Shown piece after piece: positions 35,700-44,415 of a stretch of DNA of 64,000 nt; positions within the stretch are counted from its first letter, which is position 1; each line of letters begins with the position of its first letter. Source of the DNA: a virus. The position numbers were made by a program, and so were the translations under genes. Location of the stretch: IMG/VR virus record IMGVR_UViG_3300044691_000113, positions 5,300 to 69,299 of that record; one strand, given 5' to 3'. The notes beneath the pieces were generated by a model. That model saw only the letters and a program-made list of their open reading frames with translations. It was not told the origin of the DNA and did not search any database.

Positions 35700-36368
35700 C
35701 TACACCTCCCTGTAGGCGTCAACGAACCGCTTGAGGATCTCGTCGCCGGCCCGGAGCTGGTTCTGCCGGTACTGGTCCGTCGTGGTGTCCTCGCTCGTCA
35801 TGACTCGCCTGACAGCCGGGTGCTGCGCGATCAGGGCGATTCCTGCCGTGCTATCCCCCCAACCGATTCGCGCCAACGCCGCCTGCGTCCTCCTGGCGAT
35901 GGGAAATACCGTGCTTTCACCCCGGATCGGCGCATGGGTGCGATTTCCCTCCGCGTCCTTCGGGTCGGCATCAGTGCCGTATAGGATCGGCCCAGGGATG
36001 GGTTTGAGCATCGGCCCGTGAGGTCCACGCATCCCCGCGATGAGGTACAAGAGCTGTTCCTTGGCGGCACACTCGACAGGATCACCCGTTACGGCGCGGC
36101 CACTGTACTCGCGGAGGATAGCTGGGCTTGGGAAGTATTTGCAGCACTCCAGCGCTCGGCTGAACCCCAGGATGATCTCCTCCTCCGTGCAGTCCTCCAG
36201 CGCCGCGATGTAGAGCCTCACCGTCCTCGGAGTCGCTGTCTTGTCGAAGACCTCCGCCAGTGCTTCCAGCGACAGGACTATCCCCTCGATCGGTTGCCCT
36301 GGCCCTTGCTTCTGCCAAAATTCCTTGAAAAACTTCTGAGTTGCCGATAGCGCCTTTTCGTCTGCCAT
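35700..36368 (-). CDS. Putative helicase loader-like replication protein
   Basis: ATG 36368 behind AAGGAGG; LYIAALED...CKYFPSPAILRE pattern of proteins that follow phage initiators. Confidence 0.6.
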   Translation of the reverse strand: MADEKALSATQKFFKEFWQKQGPGQPIEGIVLSLEALAEVFDKTATPRTVRLYIAALEDCTEEEIILGFSRALECCKYFPSPAILREYSGRAVTGDPVECAAKEQLLYLIAGMRGPHGPMLKPIPGPILYGTDADPKDAEGNRTHAPIRGESTVFPIARRTQAALARIGWGDSTAGIALIAQHPAVRRVMTSEDTTTDQYRQNQLRAGDEILKRFVDAYREV

Positions 36369-37413
36369 TGCTTGCGCCCTCCTTGGCGCTGGTGATCCCT
36401 GGTAAGTCTTTGGGTTGTAGGCGGTAGTCGCCCGAGTTGTAGAACTTTGGAATCGCGGCCACGAACTGCCAACGGTCTTGCGGAACCTCATCCCATGCGT
36501 CGAGATGCAGCAGCATCGCCCGCCCCACGTCAGCCATCGGCTCTTTGCGCCGTTGCGCGTCATCGGCCATGGCGTCGAGAATCGCCTGCCGGTCAGCCAG
36601 CCCCACATTGCGCTCCGTCCACTGCCGCATCCGGCTCCGAGGATGGCGAAGGGCTATCTTCACTGCCAACCCCTCAAGGTCTTCTTCCACCAAGCCCATG
36701 AGGGAAGAACCTTCAGCCTTCGCCTGCGCGCGCGCCTTTTGTGTCTGCTCTGCTTCTGGTTTTGAATCTGAATATGCTTCTGAATCTGAATCTTGGGCAG
36801 TTACACCCCCCACCATGTCACCGTTACTGTAACCGTTACGATCCGTGACCATCTTGTAACGTGCTGCCGCGTCAGGGTTTTTGAATATGTATCCCGCTTC
36901 CTCTGGCGTGCGCCCTGATTTACCGCTGTTACAGCCCTTGCAAGCAGTGGCTAGATTGTCCTCTTCGTCGGTGCCACCTTTTTGGAGGGGAATCACATGG
37001 TCAATGCAGAGGTGTAACGGTGACAGGCAGTACACACACTTTTTGCCGTCGCGTTTGAAGATTACGTTGGAGTCGATAGCGCCAGAGCTACGCTTTAGAC
37101 CTAAAGCCTCGCGCCGATCCCGGTACCGCTTGACGCGCTCCTTACTACTGTCAGAGAGAAACTGTCTATCGTCCCAATGCCGCAGGTTCCAATTCGCGTC
37201 AATGAAACCGTAGTTGATGAACACCCGCTTAGTCGTCTCTAGTTCTTCTGGGCTGATTCGCCAATAAAAGGCCCGTTGATCATCGGTAAGAACTTCTTCT
37301 TTGCAGCGGGAACACATGAGCATCACGAGCCGGCGCTGCATCGCCTCAGACATGATCTGGACTTTGGGGTCATCTGCGAACTCGGCGTAGAGGCGGAACC
37401 ATGGGTTAGCCAT
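36082..37413 (-). CDS. Phage replication initiator with in-frame HNH domain
   Basis: MANPWFRLYAEFADDPKVQ N-terminus, SKERVKRYR, then KRDGKKCVYC..IDHVIP..GGTDEEDNLATACKGCNSGK, then DSDSE linker. Confidence 0.8.
   Translation of the reverse strand: MANPWFRLYAEFADDPKVQIMSEAMQRRLVMLMCSRCKEEVLTDDQRAFYWRISPEELETTKRVFINYGFIDANWNLRHWDDRQFLSDSSKERVKRYRDRREALGLKRSSGAIDSNVIFKRDGKKCVYCLSPLHLCIDHVIPLQKGGTDEEDNLATACKGCNSGKSGRTPEEAGYIFKNPDAAARYKMVTDRNGYSNGDMVGGVTAQDSDSEAYSDSKPEAEQTQKARAQAKAEGSSLMGLVEEDLEGLAVKIALRHPRSRMRQWTERNVGLADRQAILDAMADDAQRRKEPMADVGRAMLLHLDAWDEVPQDRWQFVAAIPKFYNSGDYRLQPKDLPGITSAKEGASNGRRKGAIGNSEVFQGILAEARARATDRGDSPVAGSTGGGLRQDSDSEDGEALHRGAGGLHGGGDHPGVQPSAGVLQILPKPSYPPRVQWPRRNG
36760..36865. 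repeat. Probable replication origin (iterons) inside initiator gene
   Basis: Clustered GTTAC/GTAAC/GTGAC motifs (CCGTTACTGTAACCGTTACG) beside TGAATC repeats. Confidence 0.5.
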
Positions 37414-37696
37414 TGGTCCCCTCCGGCATCGTCTCTGTCCACACCGGGAGAACTATCCAGTCCACTTCGATCAGCTTGGGGCTGTTGTGCGCTTTGTCGA
37501 GCCAGCCGATAACGAACAGGGCTTTGCCCCCAACCTGTCGCGAATCGTTCATGTGCTTCGCCTGCCGTGCGGCAGAGCGCTTTCTGGCGTAGATATACAT
37601 CCGCTGTGTGCCCACACCCTCCCAAACGAACCGGGGCTTACTCCAGCCCTCGCGCATCGCCATCACCGCGTAATTCTTGAGGCCTCGACTATCCAA
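37406..37696 (-). CDS. Hypothetical protein
   Basis: TTG start behind GGAGG; 96 aa. Confidence 0.55.
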   Translation of the reverse strand: MDSRGLKNYAVMAMREGWSKPRFVWEGVGTQRMYIYARKRSAARQAKHMNDSRQVGGKALFVIGWLDKAHNSPKLIEVDWIVLPVWTETMPEGTNG

Positions 37697-38009
37697 CGGT
37701 TGCCTCCGGCGCCCGCCTGGGTGGAATCATTGGCATGGGGCGTTCCTTACCGTTGGCGGTGAAGACTGCCTCGGGGATCATGCGGCCCACAGCCAGCAAC
37801 TCGGCATAGCGGATCAGGAGGCCGAGGCTTACTTCGAGCGCCGCGGCAAATTTCTCGAGCTGCGCGACGGTGGGCACGATGTAGCCGCACTCGATCTTAG
37901 TCATGTACTGGCGCGGGCAATTCATCCGCGTGGCGAGCTGCGACTGGTAAAGGTGCCGGTCGTGCCTCACGTTGCGGATGGCTTGGCCGATAGAAGCATC
38001 AACTCTCAT
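37689..38009 (-). CDS. XRE-family HTH regulator
   Basis: IGQAIRNVR..LYQSQLATRMNCPRQYMTKIECG..PT..LEKFAAALEV. Confidence 0.85.
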   Translation of the reverse strand: MRVDASIGQAIRNVRHDRHLYQSQLATRMNCPRQYMTKIECGYIVPTVAQLEKFAAALEVSLGLLIRYAELLAVGRMIPEAVFTANGKERPMPMIPPRRAPEATVG

Positions 38010-38242
38010 CCGTGCTTCTCCTTCATCTCAGCCACGCGCCTTGCGTCCTTGAGCCGGTGGGCGTGGGCTACCTCTACGCCGGATTGGTTGGTCTTGGGGA
38101 CTGCGACGGCCTTGGTGCGCCCTATCCAGCGGACAGAATGGCAGGCGATGCCAGGAGGGGCGTTGCAGGTAGGACAGTGGGCTGTGCGTGCGAATTGCTC
38201 ATCTGCGGGGGTGTGGCGCTGGGCCGGGACGATCTCAGGCAT
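38006..38242 (-). CDS. Small zinc-finger protein
   Basis: CPTCNAPPGIAC...HAHR; RBS AAGGAG. Confidence 0.7.
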   Translation of the reverse strand: MPEIVPAQRHTPADEQFARTAHCPTCNAPPGIACHSVRWIGRTKAVAVPKTNQSGVEVAHAHRLKDARRVAEMKEKHG

Positions 38243-38281
38243 GGGTGGGAGTGCTCCTTGCGTGCGCTGGTGGGGCGGGGA

Positions 38282-38536
38282 CTAGCTGGCCTGAGAGAGA
38301 TTCTCGGAGGGTGTTTCGGTGAAGCGTTCGGGGAACATGAAATGGATCTCGTCGTAAGGCGTCCCAAAGAACCGAGCCAGCACCTTTGCCGACTTGAGGC
38401 GCATGGGACCGCCACACTCCGCACGGGAGATGGTGGATTGGTTGAGGTTCGTCTGTTTGGCGAGGTCGATCTGGCTCAAGCCCCGAGCTCTACGAGCTTT
38501 TTCTAGGGGGGTGAGGCATCTTTCAACTGGCTCCAT
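38282..38536 (-). CDS. cro: Cro-like repressor
   Basis: ATG 38536 behind AGGAG; LEKARRARGLSQIDLAKQTNLNQSTISRAECG; divergent from cI. Confidence 0.85.
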   Translation of the reverse strand: MEPVERCLTPLEKARRARGLSQIDLAKQTNLNQSTISRAECGGPMRLKSAKVLARFFGTPYDEIHFMFPERFTETPSENLSQAS

Positions 38537-38552
38537 GCATCTTGCTCCTGTA

Positions 38553-38636
38553 ATATGCGTATGAAGCATGACACCAAATTAGCCGATATGTCAATATCGC
38601 ATGGAGTGACAAAGGCTGTTCACGCATAATGAAAGG
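38553..38636. promoter_or_regulatory. Lysis-lysogeny switch: divergent promoters and operators
   Basis: Leftward TTGACA-N18-CATGCT; rightward CATAAT 6 nt before the cI ATG (leaderless-like); ATATGC-N7-GCAT operator-like sites at 38553-38571 and 38586-38604, half-match at 38611-38629. Confidence 0.7.
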
Positions 38637-39272
38637 ATGAATGATATGGGAGCACGACTGAAACAGCTTCGTACATCAGTGCATATGAGTCAGGGCGAAC
38701 TCGCTCTGGCAACAGGACTCGAGCAGTCCACCATCTCGCGTATTGAGCGGGGTGAAATTGAACTTGTCTCCCCGGCCGCAAAAAAAATATCGGCGGCTCT
38801 GGGAATTTCCTTGGTGGGACTGCTCGGTGTGGCTCATAATGTATCCCCTGCCCCTCTTGGAACAAGACGACTCCCCGTGCTTGATTACGTCCAGGCTGCG
38901 AAGCGTGCAAGAGGTCAGGTAGGCCCGCAGGATTTGACAATGAAGCGATTCGCTGTGACCGATTTATCGCAATCTGCCAATAGTTATGCTCTAAACATCG
39001 AGGGTGACTCCATGGAGCCGGAGTTCGACGCCGGCGATCTGGTGGTCATCGACCCCGATGTTCCGTACCAGCCAGGAGACTACGTTGTAGCTGTTGGAAC
39101 GGAAGGCAAGGCCACCTTCGGAAAATATAAGGCGACCGGCGTCAACAGTGAGGGTGCGGACACGTTCGAAATCGTCCCACTCAATCCCTATTACGCACCG
39201 CTGAGGTCCGGCCTTCTCAGCCTGACGATCGGTGGCGTGATGGTGGAGCACCGCAAGTTCCGCCGCAGGTAA
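38637..39272 (+). CDS. cI: CI-like repressor (HTH plus S24 peptidase)
   Basis: XRE HTH; IEGDSMEPEFDAGDLVVIDP; ATFGKY; PLNPYY. Confidence 0.92.
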   Translation: MNDMGARLKQLRTSVHMSQGELALATGLEQSTISRIERGEIELVSPAAKKISAALGISLVGLLGVAHNVSPAPLGTRRLPVLDYVQAAKRARGQVGPQDLTMKRFAVTDLSQSANSYALNIEGDSMEPEFDAGDLVVIDPDVPYQPGDYVVAVGTEGKATFGKYKATGVNSEGADTFEIVPLNPYYAPLRSGLLSLTIGGVMVEHRKFRRR

Positions 39273-39289
39273 AAGACTCTTCCATCTAA

Positions 39290-39321
39290 GCCCCACGCGA
39301 ACAGAGATATCCGCGTGGGGC
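39290..39321 (+). terminator. Hairpin after cI
   Basis: GCCCCACGCG-N12-CGCGTGGGGC 10-bp stem, weak U-tract. Confidence 0.55.
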
Positions 39322-39322
39322 A

Positions 39323-39382
39323 TTGACAGGTCTCGCGATATGCATTAGGGTCATATCCAAAGTAATACGCCCAATGCATATC
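39323..39382 (+). promoter_or_regulatory. Rightward early promoter with repressor operators
   Basis: TTGACA-N17-TAGGGT (39323-39351); overlapping ATATGC-N7-TCATAT and a downstream GCATAT half-site. Confidence 0.75.
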
Positions 39383-39386
39383 AAGG

Positions 39387-39538
39387 CCAGCAATGTCACC
39401 TAACACACAGACTTTCGAGAGCTTAGGGCACGGAAAAGGCCCCACTCCGCCAAGTTGGATCCAGTCGCCCCCAATGACGAAGGGCGGTGGCAAGGCAGTG
39501 TGGGGCTCAAGAGGAATCCTAGCACGCGGCAACGCTGG
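39387..39538 (+). ncRNA. Candidate structured leader RNA
   Basis: Nested complementary segments forming a long interrupted stem directly downstream of the early promoter. Confidence 0.4.
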
Positions 39539-39570
39539 TGCACCTCATAAAATAATTCTGTTTATCTCTG

Positions 39571-39599
39571 TAGACAAATTACGACAAGACGTGTAACTT
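39571..39599 (+). promoter_or_regulatory. Second rightward promoter
   Basis: TAGACA-N17-TAACTT, AT-rich upstream, TTACGACAA box in spacer. Confidence 0.55.
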
Positions 39600-39629
39600 C
39601 GACGCATCGGGTATTGGAGCCCGCGAACA

Positions 39630-39839
39630 ATGACAACCCTCGGCACACATCCTTTTGTACCCGGAGCCTCGAAGCTAGGCGCTCCGATCCCTTGTCAGCG
39701 CTGCACTCACGATGCCGCGCACCCCGTTCACGACTGGCTCTCGCACACCGCTTCATGGTGGACGGTTGTCCTCGCGCCGATCACGCCCGAGGAGATGGTG
39801 CAGCTTCCCAACCTTCTCACCGCAGACGGAGGCCGCTAA
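39630..39839 (+). CDS. Hypothetical protein
   Basis: 69 aa behind GGAG; H..CQRC..H motif. Confidence 0.55.
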   Translation: MTTLGTHPFVPGASKLGAPIPCQRCTHDAAHPVHDWLSHTASWWTVVLAPITPEEMVQLPNLLTADGGR

Positions 39840-40045
39840 TGCCGATGACTCTCCCATGGGCTGATCCCAACAAGTGCGAAGCGTGCGGCGGCTGCGGCAA
39901 GGTCGTCAGGCAGTTCTCCAGCGCTCGGTATACCTGCGGATTTGAGACCAAGGCTGTCACATGCGATGCGTGCCAGGGCAGCGGTCGCAAGATGCCGGTG
40001 TCCCTCGTCCACGACGGCAAGGCTGCTGCGGCGGGTGAGCGATGA
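39839..40045 (+). CDS. DnaJ-type zinc-finger microprotein
   Basis: TAATG overlap; CEACGGCG...CDACQGSG. Confidence 0.65.
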   Translation: MPMTLPWADPNKCEACGGCGKVVRQFSSARYTCGFETKAVTCDACQGSGRKMPVSLVHDGKAAAAGER

Positions 40046-40284
40046 GCAACCTCGAGACCCGCAAGACCAAGCTGCAGTTCACCACCGCCAGCACGTTCCG
40101 TGACGGTCGCAAGCCCCGGCGCATCGTTGCCGAGGTTGAACCCACCTTCATGTATATGCGGCTGGCCGGTACGCGCACTCGCTACGCCATCCCGTTCGAC
40201 GCCATCATGTCGGCGGCGGTGAAACTCCACGTTGCAGCAGAGCGGCGCGAGAAGGATGCCGCGAAGAAGAAGGGAGGCCGCTAG
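40042..40284 (+). CDS. Hypothetical protein
   Basis: 80 aa, ATGA-coupled, basic. Confidence 0.7.
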   Translation: MSNLETRKTKLQFTTASTFRDGRKPRRIVAEVEPTFMYMRLAGTRTRYAIPFDAIMSAAVKLHVAAERREKDAAKKKGGR

Positions 40285-40802
40285 TGGCCTACATGTTCGG
40301 ACTCGAATACACGCTCCTCACCTGCGCCACCTGCTCCCGCGACTGCAACGCCGACGACGAGACCATGACCAGGCTCGACGATGACTACCAGTGCGAGGAG
40401 TGCCGCGAAAGCTGCCCCTGCTGCGGTGAGTGGATCACCGACGAGACCATCAAGATGTACGGCAAGGTCGTCCACTGGCGCGACTACGTGCTGGACGGCA
40501 AGCTGGTGACCATGCACTGCGACTGTGCCGCCTCTACCTTCCTCACCTACCTCAACCCAAACTTCGACGACGACTACACCACCCGTGGCGAGATTGCCGC
40601 CGCCGTCGAACCGCACTACGCCGAGGCGCTGGTCCAGGCCAAGTACCGGGATGCGGTCTGCATCGGGCGCAACGGCTGGTTCTACATCTTCAAGCGGATG
40701 GCCGTGACTCCCCACTTCACCGCCAGCAACATCGTTGACTTTGGCCGCAGTGAGCGCGAGGCGTGGATCAACGCCGGCAAGGAGGTCCGCAATGCTGCAT
40801 AG
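40284..40802 (+). CDS. Cys-rich hypothetical protein
   Basis: GTG behind GGAGG; several CxxC pairs. Confidence 0.7.
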   Translation: MAYMFGLEYTLLTCATCSRDCNADDETMTRLDDDYQCEECRESCPCCGEWITDETIKMYGKVVHWRDYVLDGKLVTMHCDCAASTFLTYLNPNFDDDYTTRGEIAAAVEPHYAEALVQAKYRDAVCIGRNGWFYIFKRMAVTPHFTASNIVDFGRSEREAWINAGKEVRNAA

Positions 40803-40971
40803 CAATAGCAACTGGGGCGGCATCTGCGGTGCCTGCTTCCTCCTCCTGCTCTGCGTGGCCATCCTTGCGCTCTCCGAGTACGAGGATGAGGTCAGGGACT
40901 TCGTCTGCCGCTGCCTTGGCCACATCGCGGCACCCAGCCCCGAGGAGGCAAGCGACTATGAGTATCGCTGA
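40792..40971 (+). CDS. Small membrane protein
   Basis: ATG behind AAGGAGG; one TM segment. Confidence 0.55.
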   Translation: MLHSNSNWGGICGACFLLLLCVAILALSEYEDEVRDFVCRCLGHIAAPSPEEASDYEYR

Positions 40972-41068
40972 CATCCTCCAGTGCATCGTCCTCTTCGTCG
41001 GCTCTGCCTACATGCTCTGCGCCCTTGGCGTGGCTACCCTCCGCTGGAAGCGTCGGAGGCGCTGGTAA
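40958..41068 (+). CDS. Small membrane protein
   Basis: ATG behind GAGGAGG; one TM plus basic tail. Confidence 0.55.
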   Translation: MSIADILQCIVLFVGSAYMLCALGVATLRWKRRRRW

Positions 41069-41145
41069 GCGTAACTTGTCGTAACTCGTCGTCTCCCTGA
41101 TACAACTTAGACACAGCCAAACGGCTGAAAAGGGAGATATCACCT

Positions 41146-41367
41146 GTGAAGAAGACAACCGTAAAGAAAGCAGCCAAGCGAGTGACCGAAGCCAAGCGCA
41201 AACGGGGACCAAAGCCAGATCCGGCGTCCGAGCGCATGGCCTTCCGCCTCACGTTAGACGAGAAAGGCCACCTGCACACCCTGGCCGTCAATGACCGCCG
41301 CACCGATTCGAACTATATCCGCGAGATTGTTCTAAAGCACCTGAAGGAAAATCCACCACCCGAGTGA
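41146..41367 (+). CDS. Ribbon-helix-helix DNA-binding protein
   Basis: RGPKP, MAFRLTLDEKGHLHTLA..DRRTDSNYIREIV, CopG/Arc-like pattern. Confidence 0.7.
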   Translation: MKKTTVKKAAKRVTEAKRKRGPKPDPASERMAFRLTLDEKGHLHTLAVNDRRTDSNYIREIVLKHLKENPPPE

Positions 41368-41376
41368 GGTAACACC

Positions 41377-42504
41377 ATGGCAGCACAGCCCCAAGTAATG
41401 AGCCCCAGCGAATTTGAAGAGGAGACTGGAGAAGCGGTTCCAATCTCAGGGACCGCCCTCTCCGTCCTCAACCGTAGCGAGATCGAGCAGCAGATCGCCG
41501 CTGCCGAGAAGCGACCACGCTCCATTGATAAATTCCGTATGGAGTTGGAGAAATACTCCACCCTCACCCCCGAAGTCGCGCTGACGATGTTCTATTCGCT
41601 CAAGCGCGCTGATAAGCCCATCGTTGGCCCCTCGGTTCGATTTGCCGAGGTCATGGCGATATGCTGGCGCAACCTGCGCGCGGGTAGCCGTCCCCTCGGC
41701 GCTGACTCCACCACCGTATCCGCTCAGGGTCTTTACTACGACTGTGAGACCAACGTTGGGTTCACTGTCGAGGCGCAGCGCAGCATCATGGGCAACCGTG
41801 GCCGCTTCTCTAACGACATGATTACTGTCACAGGGAACGCCGCCGCATCTATCGCTTACCGCAATGCCATCTTCAAGGGCGTCCCGCGTGGGCTCTGGCT
41901 GGACATCTACGAGAAGACTAAGGCTTGCGCCGTAGGCAAGGTGGAGAGTTTCGCAGCAACCACCATGAGCGCCATGGAATACTTCGCCAAGTCCGGCGCC
42001 ACCGAACTGATGGTCCTCAACACCCTCGGCGTAAAGTCCGTCCGCGACATCACCGCCGATCACATCCTCGTGATGCGCGTCTGGGCGCATGAGCTCAAAG
42101 AGGGGGAGAAGTCGATCGAGGACATCTTCGGCTCTCAGGCCGACGCCGAGATTGAAGACATCATGGACGAACTCGACTGGTCGGGAGCGCAGAAGACTAT
42201 GGCGAGGAACAACCATAAGGGACGCCGTGACGAGTTGCTCGAGTTCCTCCGCACCAAGAAGAAGGAAGCGGACGCCGCCACCGGCAAGACGCCTGCGGCA
42301 GCCAAGACGACCGCGAAACCGAAGGAGTCGGTAGCACCGGACCCTACGCCTACGCCTGCCACTGCGGAGCAATCTACTACGTCCGCGCCGGAGACGAAGA
42401 CCCAGGAGAGTGCTCCCGCTGCATCTGGGAAAGCCCAGACGACAACGGCGGCGGCTTCGACGTCGCAGGCAAGTAAGCCAGCAGCCAGCAAAGAAGAGTG
42501 GTAG
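41377..42504 (+). CDS. Putative single-strand annealing/recombination protein
   Basis: EIEQQIAAAEKRPRS, YSLKRADKPIVGPSVRFAE motifs; low-complexity tail with acidic end (EEW); upstream of exonuclease. Function inferred from context. Confidence 0.55.
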   Translation: MAAQPQVMSPSEFEEETGEAVPISGTALSVLNRSEIEQQIAAAEKRPRSIDKFRMELEKYSTLTPEVALTMFYSLKRADKPIVGPSVRFAEVMAICWRNLRAGSRPLGADSTTVSAQGLYYDCETNVGFTVEAQRSIMGNRGRFSNDMITVTGNAAASIAYRNAIFKGVPRGLWLDIYEKTKACAVGKVESFAATTMSAMEYFAKSGATELMVLNTLGVKSVRDITADHILVMRVWAHELKEGEKSIEDIFGSQADAEIEDIMDELDWSGAQKTMARNNHKGRRDELLEFLRTKKKEADAATGKTPAAAKTTAKPKESVAPDPTPTPATAEQSTTSAPETKTQESAPAASGKAQTTTAAASTSQASKPAASKEEW

Positions 42505-42516
42505 CACTCCAACCCT

Positions 42517-42546
42517 CGGCGGGTGACGAACTCACCCGCCCCTTTT
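42517..42546 (+). terminator. Intrinsic terminator
   Basis: GGCGGGTGA-CGAAC-TCACCCGCC-CCTTTT. Confidence 0.7.
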
Positions 42547-42560
42547 GAAAGGCACGTCCC

Positions 42561-42890
42561 ATGCGCCAATACCGTGAAGATTTCGCCAAAGAGAAGGCCC
42601 ACCTGACCGCGTGCTGCGTGGCCAATGGCTTCGAGATTACCTTCCTGAACCCCGGCCATCCCGTCTACCAACTCGCTAAAATAACCGGCCCCGACTTCTG
42701 CATCATCGCCTATCCCCACAAGACATCAGCGGGGAACCGGCACATCCGCCTTCGACAGCAGGGGTCCAAGAATGTCGCCAGAGCCTATGAGGTCATTGCC
42801 GCGCTTGATGTGGAAGCTGGCTACAACTGCACCTTCCAGACGAAACATTCATCCTCTCGGACGCCAAGAAAGTACACACCATGCGCGTAA
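42561..42890 (+). CDS. Hypothetical protein
   Basis: 109 aa filling the gap. Confidence 0.65.
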   Translation: MRQYREDFAKEKAHLTACCVANGFEITFLNPGHPVYQLAKITGPDFCIIAYPHKTSAGNRHIRLRQQGSKNVARAYEVIAALDVEAGYNCTFQTKHSSSRTPRKYTPCA

Positions 42891-44110
42891 TCCCACCACT
42901 CTCTCAGTCTCTCGTCGAACTCGGCTCCTGCCCGGAGTCCTACGTTCATCAGATCATCGAAGGGAACAAACAGGCCGACTCCATCCAGTCCGAGCGCGGT
43001 ACCGAGGTACATCACGTCGCTGCCGAGTACACCAGGCACTGCGTCAAGCATCGCGTCCCCGTCGACTTCGCCTACTTCGACAAGCTCTCCGCCGCCGCTG
43101 GCCCGGTCGCCGGTCCCATCCTCGACAACCTGCGCGATACCTTCGTGGTCGACTTCGAGCACGTCCTGGCCTGCGAGGTTCGCTTGCGACTGGACGACGA
43201 CCTCAATCCAACCCTCCTTGAGCGCACCTCTGGTGTCGGTGGCATCATGCACAACGAGGATGAGATGGTTGGCGTTGCGTACAGTTCCGGCACCGCCGCC
43301 CACGCCGGCACACTCGACGTTCTTATGATCAACGACGACCTCAGCGAAGCTCGTGTGCTCGATTACAAGAGCCACATGCGCCCGTTCGAGCCTGACACCT
43401 ACCAGTCGGAGTTGTATCCATTCATGGTCCTAAAGCACATACCCACTGTTCAGAAGGTCACCTTCAAACTCATCTTCGTGCGATACGGGTTCAACGTCAT
43501 CCGCGAAGTGGTCTGGCTGCGCGAGGACATGCCGGAGATGGCGGTCCACATCAAACGGGCCCGGGAACGCCAGCTTGCGCTCGAGGCAGCGGGCGAAGGA
43601 CCGGCGCTCCCCGGCTCCCACTGCCAGTACTGCCCGAAGATCACGAAGCCGACGCTCTGCTCGATCGCGGAGTTCAATCCACAATCGAACACTCCGATGG
43701 ATGAGCGGTTGCGCTTCACCATTTGGGCAGCGGAACAGGCGAAGGTCAGTAAGGCCGTGATGAAGGATTACGTGGACGCCAGGGGCAAGCCGATTACCTG
43801 CTTCGACGCCAACGGCAGGGCTACGGAGTTCGGCATTCAGGACACCGAGGAGACCATCTACCCGCTTGATAAGACCTCGTTCGCCCTGCTTGACCGGCAC
43901 ATGAGCGTGTCGCCCAAGGATTCGTTCGAGACGATGAAGCTGCGCATCAGTTCCACGTCGATCAAGCCGAAGCTGAAGGCTAAGTTTCGCGCTGGTCTGG
44001 CGGAGGCGTTCGAGAACTCGGTCATCATGCGCGAGAGCAAGCCGAAGTTCGGCATCCGTAAGCCTGATGGGGATATCGACACCGGGTACGCACAAGGGGA
44101 GGACTTTTAG
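42881..44110 (+). CDS. PD-(D/E)xK exonuclease (RecB/Cas4-like)
   Basis: RGTEVH, E, GTLDVL, VLDYKS, YQSELY, PGSHCQYCP motifs. Confidence 0.85.
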   Translation: MRVIPPLSQSLVELGSCPESYVHQIIEGNKQADSIQSERGTEVHHVAAEYTRHCVKHRVPVDFAYFDKLSAAAGPVAGPILDNLRDTFVVDFEHVLACEVRLRLDDDLNPTLLERTSGVGGIMHNEDEMVGVAYSSGTAAHAGTLDVLMINDDLSEARVLDYKSHMRPFEPDTYQSELYPFMVLKHIPTVQKVTFKLIFVRYGFNVIREVVWLREDMPEMAVHIKRARERQLALEAAGEGPALPGSHCQYCPKITKPTLCSIAEFNPQSNTPMDERLRFTIWAAEQAKVSKAVMKDYVDARGKPITCFDANGRATEFGIQDTEETIYPLDKTSFALLDRHMSVSPKDSFETMKLRISSTSIKPKLKAKFRAGLAEAFENSVIMRESKPKFGIRKPDGDIDTGYAQGEDF

Positions 44111-44112
44111 CC

Positions 44113-44415
44113 ATGGTTGAGTTCACAACAGCAGACGGCAAGGTTCGCATCAACCCAGCGCTGGTGGCGGCCCTCTATCAGGTGGAGGGTGTCGAGCACA
44201 CAAACGTAGTTCTCTCTGATGGTCTGAACTACTACGTACCTGGCACGCTTGCCGAGGTCGACGACAAACTCACCAATTCCTACACCGACATCCGCTACGT
44301 GGCCTTCGTCCTCGAGGCGCTATGCGCGCACCTCAAGGTAGAGATCGTTCCGCCCTCGCAGCTAAAGGTCGAGGTCATCACACCAACTGAACCGAAGGAA
44401 GAGAACCCCACATGA
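44113..44415 (+). CDS. Hypothetical protein (FlbD-like small beta fold)
   Basis: VRINPALVAAL...TNVVLSDG..YYVPGTLAEV. Confidence 0.6.
   Translation: MVEFTTADGKVRINPALVAALYQVEGVEHTNVVLSDGLNYYVPGTLAEVDDKLTNSYTDIRYVAFVLEALCAHLKVEIVPPSQLKVEVITPTEPKEENPT

Noticed and set aside
32367-40802. Abundance of tiny Cys-rich zinc-finger ORFs as a dedicated system
   Set aside because: Common in phage early regions; no shared motif or organisation beyond CxxC pairs.
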